64,000 nucleotides of DNA from Octopus sinensis (Eukaryota), in assembly GCF_006345805.1 (NCBI RefSeq), contig NC_042998.1, forward strand, positions 104,780,001-104,844,000, in the 5' to 3' direction. How positions within the stretch are numbered: position 1 is the stretch's first letter; every line of letters begins with the position of its first letter. The position numbers and the translations under genes were made by a program. Positions 1-11,989 of this stretch are shown here, piece by piece. The notes under the pieces are model-generated. The model had not been told where the DNA came from and searched no databases. It was given only the letters and a program-made list of their open reading frames with translations.

Positions 1-284
1 ACATCACCAACTAGTGAAAAATACGTAAATACATAATGAGAGACAAGTACAGAAGAAAATACCAAAATAAATCTAACCCCTCCTCAGTTGTCGACTGTTA
101 ATTACTCCCGGTTTCGAACTTTCAACGACACGATAGGAAAGCTTCACAAAACAGCAGTATCCAAAAATTTTTTAAACATAAAATTTTTAGTGAGTTAGAG
201 CTTCGAACGAACAAACAACGACAGAGTGGACGTACAGATTAAACAGTCGACGAATACGAACATTAATGGCCGTTAAGCGAAGAC

Positions 285-575
285 GCATCGTAATGGGTAA
301 TGCCTGGGAGAAATTTTGAAAGGATACAGAATACATAGAAGAAAAGAAAATAGTAGAAGAATCGTTATCGTAACCGTGATGCCAACTTTAAGACAATCAA
401 TAAGAAACATTCAATATCTATGGCAGATTTTGTATGGCACCTGAAGGAGGATAAAACAAAGTACAGCATTAATTGGTCCATAGTAAGGTATGCGAAACCA
501 TACAATATAATTTCCACGAGATGCTATCTATTCTGTGGACTAACGAGAAGATAATAGAATTTCTGAACGACATCT
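285..575 (+). mobile_element. Penelope-like element, decayed GIY-YIG C-terminal fragment
   Basis: Manual translation gives NG*CLGEN...MADFVWHLKEDKTKYSINWSIVRYAKPYNIISTRCYL...EK, matching the remembered PLE linker/GIY-YIG tail pattern (W.LK...I.W.I...A.PY...RC.LC..EK); frameshifted. Confidence 0.55.
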
Positions 576-1099
576 CAAGCGTACGCATATAAATGTACTC
601 TCCCACAATGCAGTGAGTATGAATTTTGAGCAACCGCTAACTTAATTTGCTTTAAGGTATGGATGACTTAAGTTTACATTTAACTTCTCCATCCTTATAA
701 ACATCAAGTAGATAACTAACTCGCTTTGTGATCATGAGTGCACCAAACCTCACGTGTGCGTATGGTTGCATTTTTGCGGATGCTTGTATGAGCGAGTGTA
801 CTCGCGCCATGCAGATTGCCCGAGGGCGTTTATACATCCATATCTGTTAACGGCTATTCGTAATACTTTTCTCGCTGGATTGCGTGTTCGTTTCTCTTTT
901 TGCCATCTGTGATTTTATTTTTGATCTTCTATATAAATGAAGATATTTCCTCCCCCTGGCTTCTTTTCTTTCTACAAAACGGAAAGTTACATTGCGGAAC
1001 AGTCATTTTAAAGAGTTGTATTTATTTATCACCCGACGAGATACATCTGCACCATCGGATGCTCTTGAACTAGTTGTTGAGTGTCCCACCCAAGAGGAA

Positions 1100-1650
1100 T
1101 CGACGCTAGATGTGTCGAAACAATTGTCGTGATTAATAATAATATCTCGTATATTCCACCTTCTGCTTTTCAGACTAGTTGAGGGTGTGAGTGATGATGG
1201 TCCTAGCATTGAATCTAAGCATCGACGAGAACAGTCTGAGTAGCCTCTTTCAGAGGACCTACAGGTTGAAGATCATGGACAATTTCCAAAAGCCTTTGGC
1301 TTGGCAGTACTACAGAGGGGCATTTCCTGTTCGAGACAAGCACTTCAGGCATGGAAGTGCCAAAAGCCGAACTTGCTCGAGATACTTGCAGGGGAACGTA
1401 ACCGTCTAGGATGCATTAGAGAGTTGTAGGATTGTGTGGAGCAGCTGTGTCGGGAATAAGACGAATTCAGCTGTCTGAGAGTGCATAGCGAATATCGATG
1501 CACCACCTTCCTTTTGGAGAAAAGGAAGGCAGATTTTTCTCTGCTTAGTGATTGTGGTAAAAGAGGCTATGTGGTGGGCTAGTTTGAAAGGTTTGAAGAC
1601 AGGTACATTCCTATCTGGTGAAACCCTCATCAATTTCTTCATCATTTGCT
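1100..1650 (+). mobile_element. Tx1/L1-like LINE 3' remnant (zf-RVT region)
   Basis: ORF 1191-1409 DNFQKPLAWQYYRGAFPVRDKHFRHGSAKSRTCSR..TV*DAL, then PPSFWRKGRQIFLCLVIVVKEAMWW in another frame; resembles the Tx1-type ORF2 C-terminus with a decayed CCHC. Confidence 0.5.
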
Positions 1651-1654
1651 TTCT

Positions 1655-2790
1655 TTCTCAGTTAACATTATGTCTGGTTTCCAATTCTTTATTTCATGGT
1701 CGCACTGAATCATAAAATCCCATAGGGTCTTTGCATTTCGATGATGCCTTCGGGTTTATATTCGTACCACTTTTTTGCTCCGTCAAGTTCATACTCGTTG
1801 CAAAGTATCCAATGGACAATCATTGCTATATTGTCATGACGTCTCATATTCTTTCTGGGATAGTGGCGTACATTGAGTGGTAATATGCCATAAGGTTTCA
1901 CCATTTAGTCCACAAATTCTGTACTTACCACTTTCTGATGTGTTGTCTATTTCCGTTTCCGGTTTTTAATCACTTTTACCCATCCATAGCCATATTTTCT
2001 TCTCACTGTATCTTATCTTCAACATCCCTATGAAATTGTCCATGCATTCTTTCCTTTATCTACCTATTTTCAGTTTCATTCATTCTCAAGTGCTTGTACA
2101 GTGCTTTATCTTTAAAATCTTCCATCCTACACGAGCCTGACCTTCTTACTTCCAACAATAGTGGTTCTGTGGCATATTTTATATACCATGCTATGTTGTT
2201 TTTTTCTGCTCTAATGCTGTGCTCGCATCCACTCAGTTCGCTTCCCCTCTTTTTCTTGGTATATAGTCTGTCTGTGTCACATTTTGGGTGGAGCATACCA
2301 TATCTAATCAGCAACTTCCTTGTCTTTCTGTCTAAGCTCTTTAGTTCGTCTACTGTCCATGCGATTAGCCCTGCTCCTCTAAGTAGTGAAACCGCCCAGG
2401 GGTTAATATCTTCAGTCTTATTCGGTCCGTTTAATTTCTCAGTCTCAGTCTGCGCACGTATTCCACCTTGAATTTTTCCGTCATTTCTCTCTCCATGAAT
2501 TTATCCATTTCCAATATCCACATGTACTAACAGTCCGTCTCTTCTATCTGCTTCATTACCTCCTCCGACGGTATCGCTAGCTCGTCCATAAATTTAATTT
2601 TGCCCCTCTTCATGACTAACACACCACACTTTTTCAGACCGAAGTCCATTCCGATATCAACACTGAAAATATACACCGTATCAACGAAGAAACTGACTTG
2701 GGATTCATTTTTATAATAAAGTTTGAGGTCATCCATAAATAACAAGTGGTTGATTTTCTGTTGGCGGCTTTTGAATATATACGCAGCCTT
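1655..2790 (-). mobile_element. R4/Dong-type (RLE) non-LTR retrotransposon, 5'-truncated pseudogene
   Basis: RT motifs INHLLFMDDLKLY...FGLKKC (ORF 2527-3069), LHPKCDTDRLY (2060-2314), RRHDNIAMIVHW..C...KWYEYKPEG (1710-1904); abuts an (AAT)n array. Confidence 0.85.
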
Positions 2791-2800
2791 ATCATCATTA

Positions 2801-2852
<52 letters not shown>

Positions 2853-2868
2853 CATTATCATTATCATT

Positions 2869-2964
<96 letters not shown>
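2790..2964. repeat. (ATT)n/(ATC)n compound microsatellite
   Basis: Seen directly. Confidence 0.95.
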
Positions 2965-3520
2965 GAGTGAGAGAGCAGTGCATGCCATCAAAGTGACATT
3001 GTGGTAAAATATACGAAGTCCAGTATACCCATCATGACTACCCGTCTGACAAGGGTACACTAGGCACATGCATCACAACCATATGTGCGCGACATAGTGA
3101 TCTCATATCAAGATAAACAGCACATGACCTTGCAGGTGGGGCCCAGTTAGAATTTTCTTCTGGTCGAGTAACCCATCCGCTCAAAAGGTCCCTGAATAAG
3201 GGTTGTTTAAGGATGTTGAACGTAACACCCATATTTCCAGAGGTGAATTATTCAAACCCCAAAGAATCCCTCTCAACACATGACTATGATGCTCCCGCAC
3301 TACATCTGCTCGTGATCAGAGATACACATATCGTCAGCCACTAAGGGACATGCTGAACTGGTTACGGTCAAACAACTGACAAGCAAATCTGTGGTATTGA
3401 GCAGAATATTTGCTGTAGCTCATCTTTTATACCAAGACAAACCAATGTACATGATAACACTTCCAATCAGTTAAAAATCAACAGCCATGAGAGCCACTGT
3501 CTGGTACTGCATCAGGGCAT
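2965..3520 (-). mobile_element. Non-coding interspersed repeat ending in (AAT)n, probably a LINE 3' UTR or non-autonomous derivative
   Basis: Clearly homologous second copy at 47683-48136; both copies end in an (ATT)n tract on the same side. Confidence 0.75.
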
Positions 3521-3535
3521 ATATTATTATTATTA

Positions 3536-4442
3536 TCATTTACTTTTAATCTGCATGTTTGATGCAATCACTTGCCGGGGCACACCCAGCGCCCTAGGGC
3601 AAGTGAAGGTTAAGAGTTGTTGAAATATAGCTGAAAGCTTGGGGAGAGGAAGTAGAGAAATATCTCCATGTAATACAACACAAACATTTACATTGATAGG
3701 GTTTTTCTAAGGATGTGGGCAGTACTTGTTAGCACAATCTTTTGGATTTCCTTGAGACATGGTTCTCCAGGGATATTGTCTAGATGTTTCTGACATCCCT
3801 TTTTTTATCATACCAAGGGCACCTACAATAACAGGAACAGTTTTTGTTTTAAGATTCCACATCTTTTGTGTTTCGATTTCCAGGTCCTTATATTTACTAA
3901 GTTTGTCAAATTCCTTTACAGATATGTTTTTATCAGTGGGGATGCTTACCTCTATTAGTCTGATATAAAATTTCTTTGCATCTGTCTTAAAAAATTTATT
4001 TTGTCGATAAAATTTGTTTCTTTTGTCATACCTTCTAAGCCGTTGGGCTTTCAACTGTATCCGTTGTTTCAACAGTTCCTTAGTTGCAGGGAGGTTTATG
4101 AGATCTTTGATTTTATATTTTTGCTTGATTTTTCTAGCTTTTCTCGACTTAATATTCACTCCTCTAGCAAGCTCATCGAGAACTGAAACATCCGTCCGCA
4201 GAGATTCAATCTCTTTTTGTATCGCTACTTTCCACTTAGGAGGTTCATTGACATGCCTGGCCTTTTTCTTTGTCATCTTAATACCTAGTTGGGTAATTAC
4301 TACTTTAGCAGTGGAATAGATGAGATTATTTAATGTTGTCAGATCATTCCCCTTATTTCTTAAGGGGCAACGTTATATGTCATCATTGTGTTGTTATTCC
4401 TTGTGCCGTTTGAAAACTTTGGTAGCGGTTCTCTATTTAACC
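3536..4442 (-). mobile_element. R4/Dong-type LINE with internal deletion of the RT domain
   Basis: ORF 3707-4276 joins the pre-RT block (PPKWK...KQRIQLKAQRLRRYDKR..FYRQN..F.TDAKKFY) directly to the RLE endonuclease (LIEVSIPTDKNI...KYKDL...PVIVGALG); (ATT)n on both sides. Confidence 0.85.
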
Positions 4443-4585
<143 letters not shown>

Positions 4586-4588
4586 ATC

Positions 4589-5066
4589 TAAGGCGGTGAG
4601 CTGGCAGAATCGTTAGTCGATGGAGTCGATGTAATCGATTCATCACCACAACGAAAATTACTGACCTTACGGCAAAATTTGAAACTATTATAATTATCAT
4701 TATTACCGTCCATTCAGAACAGATTTACGCTTCGCACTAAAATTCTTTTTTATAAGCATTTTCTTGCAGAACGTTTCTATGTGATTGCTTAACCGACATA
4801 TATACGGTTCCGAATTTGTTGGCAGTGTGTCCGCGAGCGTTCTGATAATTCTTTCTAATTTTTGCACAAGTCCTGCAATTCTGAGCGGGTTGGACAAGTC
4901 GATTACATACCCGCTCAGTATTTGATTTGTACTTGTTCTATTGACTCCAAAAGTATTAGACGCAAAGTCAGCCTCAACTGGATTAGAACTCAGAGCATGA
5001 AGACCAACGAAATATCAGCAAGTATTTTGCCTAACGTGCTAAGGCTCTTGCCAGCTTACTGCATTT
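4589..5066. mobile_element. Two decayed SINE copies of family A (4589-4700 +, internally deleted; 4880-5066 -)
   Basis: Head AAGGCGGTGAGCTGGCAGAATCGTTAG and tail GTCGATGTAATCGA are shared with many copies in the window. Confidence 0.7.
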
Positions 5067-5935
5067 AGGCCACTATACGTAATGATTTATGGTTATTAAT
5101 TGTAGCACATATAGCTGCTTTCTCCTCTCTTACTTCAGTTCCTGACGAGACAAACTTAGAATATCATCCCATTATGGTCAATAAAATGAATGTAAGTCAT
5201 GTTCTGAGACCAATTCAATCGATTCTGTACTACTTTAGGATGTGCTTCTTTGCATGCACATTTTTCAGAAAGAATTCAGAACAAGTAGCGCTTAAGATAT
5301 ATTTCATGGGGTATCAGTAATGAAAGAAAAACAAATCTGTCGATTTATATATATGAGAAATAGAAAATAAACAGAAGTTTATATTATAGCTCCTACGCGC
5401 GTTTCCTCTTTATGGTTGTTTAGCACACTGCGGCAAGTATTCCAACTCAATTTAGTCACTGAACGTATAATCAGATAACACTTTATTGCATAGGTACTAA
5501 TTTATATTTATTTATTTATCTTTATGAATGCTAAAAATAATATTGAAAATTCTAAGACCTGGCCACATTTAAAACGAGAAAAAGCATGACTTAAATGTAT
5601 ACATGTTAAAGTTTTACCTGTCTATTGGTATTGTTTTTTAGTCTCTGCTAAACGTTGATCAAGTAGACTTATGATCAAAGATAGTCCAAAGATAATTGCG
5701 TACGTTGAGGAACGCAATACCAAATAATTTCCTTCGTTTGATAAGAATGTAGAATGTGAATTGAGCACGATTTGTCTACTCTTTCTGTAGGCAGCTATTC
5801 TTTGTCCCCTGGTAGCTGCTTAATGAACTTACATGAGGATTTTGAAAGTGAACATATTTCTATTGCTCGAAATTCATAAATTTCACATAGATAAATTTCA
5901 TTATTCAACTGATAAAACCGAAGTTTTTAACATAC

Positions 5936-6055
5936 CTGTTGGTTCTTTTTTCCACTTATATCCAGTAAATGATGAATACGTACAAGTAAGTCTGTTACAT
6001 GTCTTTAAATTTATAATTTTACCACTCCTATAGCATCTGTGATTCAATCTACAGC
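5936..6055 (-). CDS. Internal coding exon of a putative secreted Cys-rich protein (module 2)
   Basis: Acceptor ttaatttttccag|, donor ACAG|gtatgt, 120 nt, phase 1-1, open frame (G)CRLNHRCYRSGKIINLKTCNRLTCTYSSFTGYKWKKEPT(G). Confidence 0.75.
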
Positions 6056-6578
6056 CTGGAAAAATTAATAAGTGAATTTCTTATAATCACAAAATATTGT
6101 TCAGAAAATATAGAAATCTTTCTCAACTAATCAAATTGAAAATATTGAATATTCACTTAAGATTAATTAAGTTACTTATGTTTTATATTTGGATTCTGCT
6201 AGAATGTTTCAGTGCAGCGATAGCCAGCTTATTGAAACAATAAAATGGGATACAAAGGTGGATATTTATATTGGTTTGTGCAACCTTTAACATGAGTACA
6301 GAGACCCTAACACGCAAACACAGATACACAAAGATAAAACATACATAACTACACAAGTGTGTATGTGTGTATATGTATGTGTAAGTGTGTATATATGAAT
6401 AGTTCAGATTATCATCTATCTGACAGCCAGGAATTAAGATATATGTGTGTGAGTGTAGATATGTGTATGTGCATATTTATATGCACTCACACACACACAT
6501 ATATATAAATATACATGCATTCATACATACATACATACACACACACACACATACACACACACACATATATATATATAT

Positions 6579-6800
6579 GGAGGCGCAATGGCCCAGTGGT
6601 TAGGGCAGCGGACTTGCGGTCGGAGGATCGCGGTTTCGATTCCCAGACCGGGCGTTGTGTGTGTTTATTGAGCGAAAACACCTAAAAAAGCTCCACGAGG
6701 CTCCGGCAGGGGATGGTGGTGATCCCTGCTGTACTCTTTCACCACTCTAAAAGGCGGTGCTCCAGCATGGCCGCAGTCAAATGACTGAAACAAGTACAAA
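6579..6800 (+). mobile_element. tRNA-derived SINE (family C head joined to a family B 3' tail)
   Basis: A-box TGGCCCAGTGG and B-box GGTTTCGATTCC; ends AGGCGGTGCTCCAGCATGGCCGCAGTCAAATGACTGAAACAAGTA like family B. Confidence 0.85.
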
Positions 6801-6802
6801 AA

Positions 6803-6835
<33 letters not shown>

Positions 6836-7118
6836 TTCAACAATTGAGGGTAAAATTAATTAATTAATCAATTTCACCAAGTATTCAGTATGCAAAGGGA
6901 CCATTTAAGGCGAATTCAAATTATTACATTATATAAAAGGGCTTAGTAAAATAAATTACTTTGCCGCATACTGAACTCATTAGAAATAGCAGCTAAAAAA
7001 ACCTTTTTTTAAACTATATCTAATACTTAAAGAAAACCTCTCTCATATAGTGTTTGCTCAATTCAACTCACGAAAGTATGGGGGTAGAGATATTAAAAAA
7101 TCAAATGCAAAGGTTATT

Positions 7119-7171
7119 TGAGAACGTACGTTTCAAGATTAGTCAAACTCGACATTTCTATCATCAGCTCA
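7119..7171 (-). ncRNA. Type I minimal hammerhead ribozyme (mirror copy)
   Basis: Reverse complement of 7234-7286. Confidence 0.8.
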
Positions 7172-7233
7172 GAACTCCCTGGTTTGGATTTGAAAACATG
7201 TGTTTGTGTTTTCAAATCCAAACCAGGGAGTTC

Positions 7234-7286
7234 TGAGCTGATGATAGAAATGTCGAGTTTGACTAATCTTGAAACGTACGTTCTCA
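7234..7286 (+). ncRNA. Type I minimal hammerhead ribozyme
   Basis: Stem I UGAG/CUCA, core CUGAUGA (7238-7244), stem II AGA..GUC/GAC..UCU, GAAA (7271-7274), palindromic stem III ACGUACGU, GUU triplet with cleavage after 7282. Confidence 0.8.
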
Positions 7287-7478
7287 AATAACCTTTGCAT
7301 TTGATTTTTTAATGTCTCTACCCCCATACTTTCGTGAGTTGAATTGAGCAAACACTATATGAGAGAGGTTTTCTTTAAGTATTAGAAATAGTTTTAAAAA
7401 AGGTTTTTTTAGCTGCTATTTCTAATGAGTTCAGTATGCGGCAAAGTAATTTATTTTACTAAGCCCTTTTATATAATG

Positions 7479-7520
<42 letters not shown>

Positions 7521-7522
<2 letters not shown>

Positions 7523-8625
7523 AACAAAAACGCGATAGAGGGAGTTAAAACAGTCGGACAATTGACGACACAAAGGCGGACAAGAGAAACAACATTTAGG
7601 ACAGGCAAAAAAGACAGTTCATTCGTGGCATTCTTTCTTCGGTCAAGTACCAGAAGTCAGGACCATTTCGGACAGTTACACTTGAGATGGTTCGATTTGG
7701 TTGTCCCCAAAAAAGTCCAAGCTAAGAGCCCTTTGGAAGAAAGCTAGCGAAAGTGTACGGCAACAAAGACAACAAAAAACAAACAAAGAAAAAACGGAGG
7801 ACATGGTACAGAAATACGAATACAAACAACAAGAAATAACAACAGGCGTCTTTCGACTAATAACGATTCAAATTGAGCTGGCGTGTATGTAGTGAAAGCC
7901 TAAAGGCAGGAACCTGGTAGATGGACACAAGACGTGTTGACAGTCGGCAGTCAGGCCAAGAAAGAAAGATCGTGGCTGGCTGGACACCGGTCACGTGAAA
8001 AGAGGAGAAATGAGTAGGGGACAGCGGAATTGAAGGATTAGAAAAAGATCAGAAACAAAGGGAAAGGTGCAGGGGAGAAAAACGAGTGGGAAAGTGGGAA
8101 ATAGTGGGAGTTAAAGAAAGAGGGCGAGGAAATGTGAGAGAAGGAAGAAAAATGAGAGGGAGAATAAAAGATAGAGTAAGGGTCGTACAAAATTTAGATA
8201 CATACCTACTATAAGGTGAGCACAAGGCTGAACATACGCCGCTATATATATATATATATATATATGCTTAGAGAAGCATACCGTGCATATATACATGGAA
8301 CAAAAACGCAATAGAAGGCATTAAAATGTTGGACAGATAGACGACAGAAAGGCGGACTAGAGAAACAACAATTAGGGGAGGCAAAAAAGGCGGGTTATTC
8401 GAAGTAGGTCGTTTTCTTCATTTATTTTATAAAACGGAAATATTGTGAATTTTCCTTGTGCACAGGTGTCTAAGTGCTCGCTGCACAGTATGCTTTTCTA
8501 AGCGAGAGATGTTTTATTTGGTGTCTATGCACATTTGCACGTTTGGTTAATTTTGTTTTGGTTTCTCCAACATAGTTTTCCTTGCATTGTGGGCATGTGA
8601 TACATTATATCATTATATACAGACG
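7521..8625 (-). mobile_element. Penelope-like element 3' remnant: GIY-YIG fragment plus direct repeats
   Basis: 8420-8620 translates ITCPQCKENYVGETKTKLTKRANVHRHQIK...LDTCAQGKFTIFPFYK; diverged direct repeats start at 7521 and 8297; interior 7840-8240 is homologous to 41690-42200. Confidence 0.75.
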
Positions 8626-8929
8626 ATAACACAGCTGGTTTGAGGTTCATTACTATTGTTTCGGGCGTTAATTAATTTTCGTTGTGGTGATGAATCGATC
8701 ACATCGACTCCAATGTTCAATTGGTACTTATTTTATCGACCCCGAAAGGATGAACAAAAATATATCATGTAAAAAGTTTGTTTTCCTCGAGTGGAATAAG
8801 AGTAAAATTTAATAATTAGGACTCTTCACATAAGTAGAACGTCGTGGAAGTTGACTCTCCCATCTTGGGGCAGGGTCAACTGCAACTGAAACAGTCACAG
8901 TGAACCTCAAACCATTTCTGTTATTGTTT

Positions 8930-9125
8930 ATAGTTCACCACTTTCAGAACTTCTCCTGCTTTTGGATCACTAGCGTTTAGTCAACTGTGGGATACGTGCC
9001 ATAATGGTACTCCTGTGTGACTTTCGTACACGTTGTGTATTCGGCCATAACATGGTGGGATAAATTCGTATGTACTTTAGTCCGTACACATTGTTAGTGC
9101 ACAGGTGCGCCATCTCTGACTCTGT
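8930..9125 (-). mobile_element. Possible Tc1/mariner catalytic-domain remnant
   Basis: Degenerate DGAPVH...LWPN motif only. Confidence 0.35.
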
Positions 9126-9469
9126 CTGGATGCTTTTACTATGTAATTACCTTGATTCTATTGGATCCTGAAAATCTAACCCACACACACATACATAAAT
9201 ACATACATACATATACATATATATATATGCATACATACATACATACATACATACACACACACATATATATATATAAATATTTATATATATATATATATAT
9301 ATATACGTGTGTGTGTCTGTGTGTACACACACACACGCGCGCGAAAAGTGTTCATTAAAGATTTCCCGTATCTTTATCCTTTGAAGGCAGATCGAGAAAT
9401 TACTTTTTTGTAACCAAACACTTTGGTAGACTATGGTAGATTATGCCATATAAAACATCTTTTACTTTT

Positions 9470-10200
9470 AGTGTTGTTGAGAAAAGTTTGTATTTTCAAA
9501 GTTGTCGTATTTCGGTAATTTCAGCCAATCAAGGACAGGAAGTCTATTGTTGGGGTACCTGGTGAAGTAATCTACAGTTACCTTGATACTTTTGTGGATG
9601 GGGTTAGCTACGTGCTGGATGCTCCCTATTATGCTCCTCTCTGTTTTTACATTATCATTCCTAGAGTTGGTCTCAACTAGAATATTAACGTCATTTACAC
9701 ACCTACAGTAATATAAAAGAGTTTTGGACTGTTCTGAAGTCTTCTGTCTCACCAGGTCATGAAAATGCAGGCCACATCTCCAGCTACACCGACACCAATG
9801 GCTGAACCTTGAACCTGCATGTATAATTTCCTGTTAAACTTTACTATGTGGTTCTTCTATGTGGTTTTTATACTAGCCCCTGTTGCATGTGCAATCATTC
9901 TTTTCGCCTGATTGTTGTTCTCAGTGTCCAGCCACTCCAGCGCTCTGCGTTGCTTTTCTTCACTGCTGAGGTGATTGTGGGTGGTCTTCCCCTCTGTAAT
10001 CTGATGGGTGCAGAATCTACTAAAGTCATGGTTGTCTAGATAGTTGCTGTCATAGCTTAGTTTAAGAAGGAGTCCCAGTTCCCTCGTGTTGACTGCACGG
10101 AACTCTACTTCAGTCTCACAGATAATCTCAATGTGGAAAAATGCTGAAGAAATGCATTGAGAGTGAAGTAGAGTTCTGTGTTCAAACATATTCTGCCATA
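9470..10200 (-). mobile_element. Penelope-like reverse transcriptase fragment
   Basis: QGSAIGVGVAGDVACIFM, YCRCVNDVNI (decayed YVDD), IANPIHKSIKVT.DY...NNRLPVLD. Confidence 0.7.
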
Positions 10201-10343
10201 CACGGCTCTCAACATCTACTACTATGTTTGAATATGTTTAAATAATAGATATAACTTTCTATACCTAATTATCGAAAAATAGTAAATTCTGGCACGTATT
10301 ATATGATATAAATTTAGAAAAGAAAAAAGAACAACAAGCCTAC

Positions 10344-10463
10344 CAGTTGCTTCATACCGCACATTAGATAGATCTCCTTTTCGTTCACAAACATAAACCA
10401 TGCAAGAAAGGGCCTGTTTTATTTTTTTCCCATATGGCTGACAAACTCCATGTATCCAACAAC
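10344..10463 (-). CDS. Internal coding exon of a putative secreted Cys-rich protein (module 1)
   Basis: Acceptor tttctttttaattcatag|, donor ACTG|gtaggc, 120 nt, phase 1-1, open frame (G)CWIHGVCQPYGKKIKQALSCMVYVCERKGDLSNVRYEAT(G). Confidence 0.8.
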
Positions 10464-10601
10464 CTATGAATTAAAAAGAAACACAATGAGTTTTGTATGT
10501 TTTCTATCAACAATGTTTATGAAATACATGCTAGTTCTTGTAAATTATCAAAGAGTGAGTTCCATTTTCAATGATAATGAGTTTTAATCGTAGTTCTAAA
10601 C

Positions 10602-10808
10602 AAGGCAGCGAGCTGGCAGGATCTTTTGCACTCGGGAAAAATGCTTAGCGGCATTTTGCACGTCTTTGCGTTTTGAGTTCGAATTCCACCGAGCTTTGCT
10701 TTCATCATCTCTAGGTCGACAGTATGAGTACCAACTGAGCACTGTGGTTGATTTAATCAACTTGTCGCCTACCCTGAAATTGCTGACCTTGTGCCAAAAT
10801 GTGAAACC
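10602..10808 (+). mobile_element. SINE family A
   Basis: AAGGCAGCGAGCTGGCAG head, GAGTTCGAATTCC B-box, GAAATTGCTGACCTTGTGCCAAAA tail. Confidence 0.85.
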
Positions 10809-11169
10809 AACATTAGTTAAAACTAGGATGCGTGAGAAAATGTCACCGTTTTTGCTGCAAAATTATACATAAATATGTTTTTTTAAATTTAAATGTTATT
10901 ATTTCAAATTTTGAGTATAACAATTGATCAGTAAGTAAATGTATAACTGTATATAAGACGACAGGCGAAATTGAAATTTGACTTGGTATATAAAACAAAA
11001 GAAAATGCGAGTTTCTTTCTTTTTACTGTCAAGAAAGGTAACGACTGAACAAATAAGTAACTGCTAATCTGCGCATTTGTCGTTGTATGTGTCTCACTAT
11101 ATCGTTTGGTGCATGAACATGTGAGTTTGTGTGTCTCTGATTGTGTGTGTGATACATATGCGCAAATTT

Positions 11170-11540
11170 ATATTCACCGACACCAGGATTTTTACCTAAC
11201 ATTTCAAATCATATGCCATGCATATCTGGTTTTATATCAAAGTGATCGTGTCCTAGAGACATGCCTTAGCAAAAATGACTTTTCAACAGGCTGAACGCCA
11301 ACCCCGAATTTCTAAATCTCTCTACTCTGAAGACGGGGACCGAATTTATCGTAATGTCTATATGTATCCACTATTGATTGCATATTCTCGACTTTTTGTG
11401 AACTACATCTGCCAACATCATTTCGTAATTCTGAATCCCCAGAAACAGCTGTCGGACCTATAATACCATGCCTTCTTCCCCTAGTTTTCTGTGTCATTGT
11501 ACTCTGTAAATCTGCTCTGTTCATATACAAATATCTATAC
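11170..11540 (-). mobile_element. Possible CR1-like RT C-terminal remnant
   Basis: Weak: IDITINSVPVFRVERFRNSG resembles the ITIN....VE.FKYLG motif. Confidence 0.3.
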
Positions 11541-11590
11541 ATGACTTTCCATCGTCTGAATATTTTCAGTCTTTTTTTCCCACTATTTAC

Positions 11591-11591
<1 letters not shown>

Positions 11592-11623
<32 letters not shown>

Positions 11624-11730
11624 TGTATGTATGTATTATGTATGTATGTATGTATGTATGTATGTATGTATGTATGTATGTATGTATGTATATATTATGT
11701 ATGTATGTATGTATGTATGCATGTATGTAT
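11592..11730. repeat. (TATG)n microsatellite
   Basis: Seen directly. Confidence 0.95.
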
Positions 11731-11989
11731 ATACGATATTCTGGTATTGTGTTCCTCTTTGTTGGGAATCTATAGGTATTGGTTTTTAAAATTGAATACT
11801 ATTTTCTATTAGTAGCTTTCAAGTCGTTCTTCTCTAGTATCTACATCATAAATAATTTTCCTGATTAGACAATATGGAACAATACTTTATGAATGTGCTA
11901 TATGTCATTATTAGAAGTTCAGGTACGGATGTGTATAATTTATATCCTTTTTGATGTTGATATTTTTAAATACTATTATATTGAGAAAT

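Larger units (their letters stand above)
6833..7482. mobile_element. Penelope-like pseudo-LTR with inverted duplication (arms 6923-7198 and 7207-7482)
   Basis: 276-bp arms with about 3 mismatches and an 8-nt spacer; left part homologous to 22968-23590; (TA)n on both flanks. Confidence 0.8.

Noticed and set aside
5833-5908. Minus-strand exon-like segment LNNEIYLCEIYEFRAIEICSLSKSS with GTAAGT donor
   Set aside because: Only 27 nt from the 5936 donor and in the wrong phase, so it cannot follow module 2
6579-6650. tRNA-like sequence
   Set aside because: SINE head with A/B boxes, continuing into a SINE body; no full cloverleaf
7054-7351. Near-identical 60-aa ORFs on opposite strands (7054-7236 and 7169-7351)
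   Set aside because: A by-product of the palindrome, with no homology or splice support
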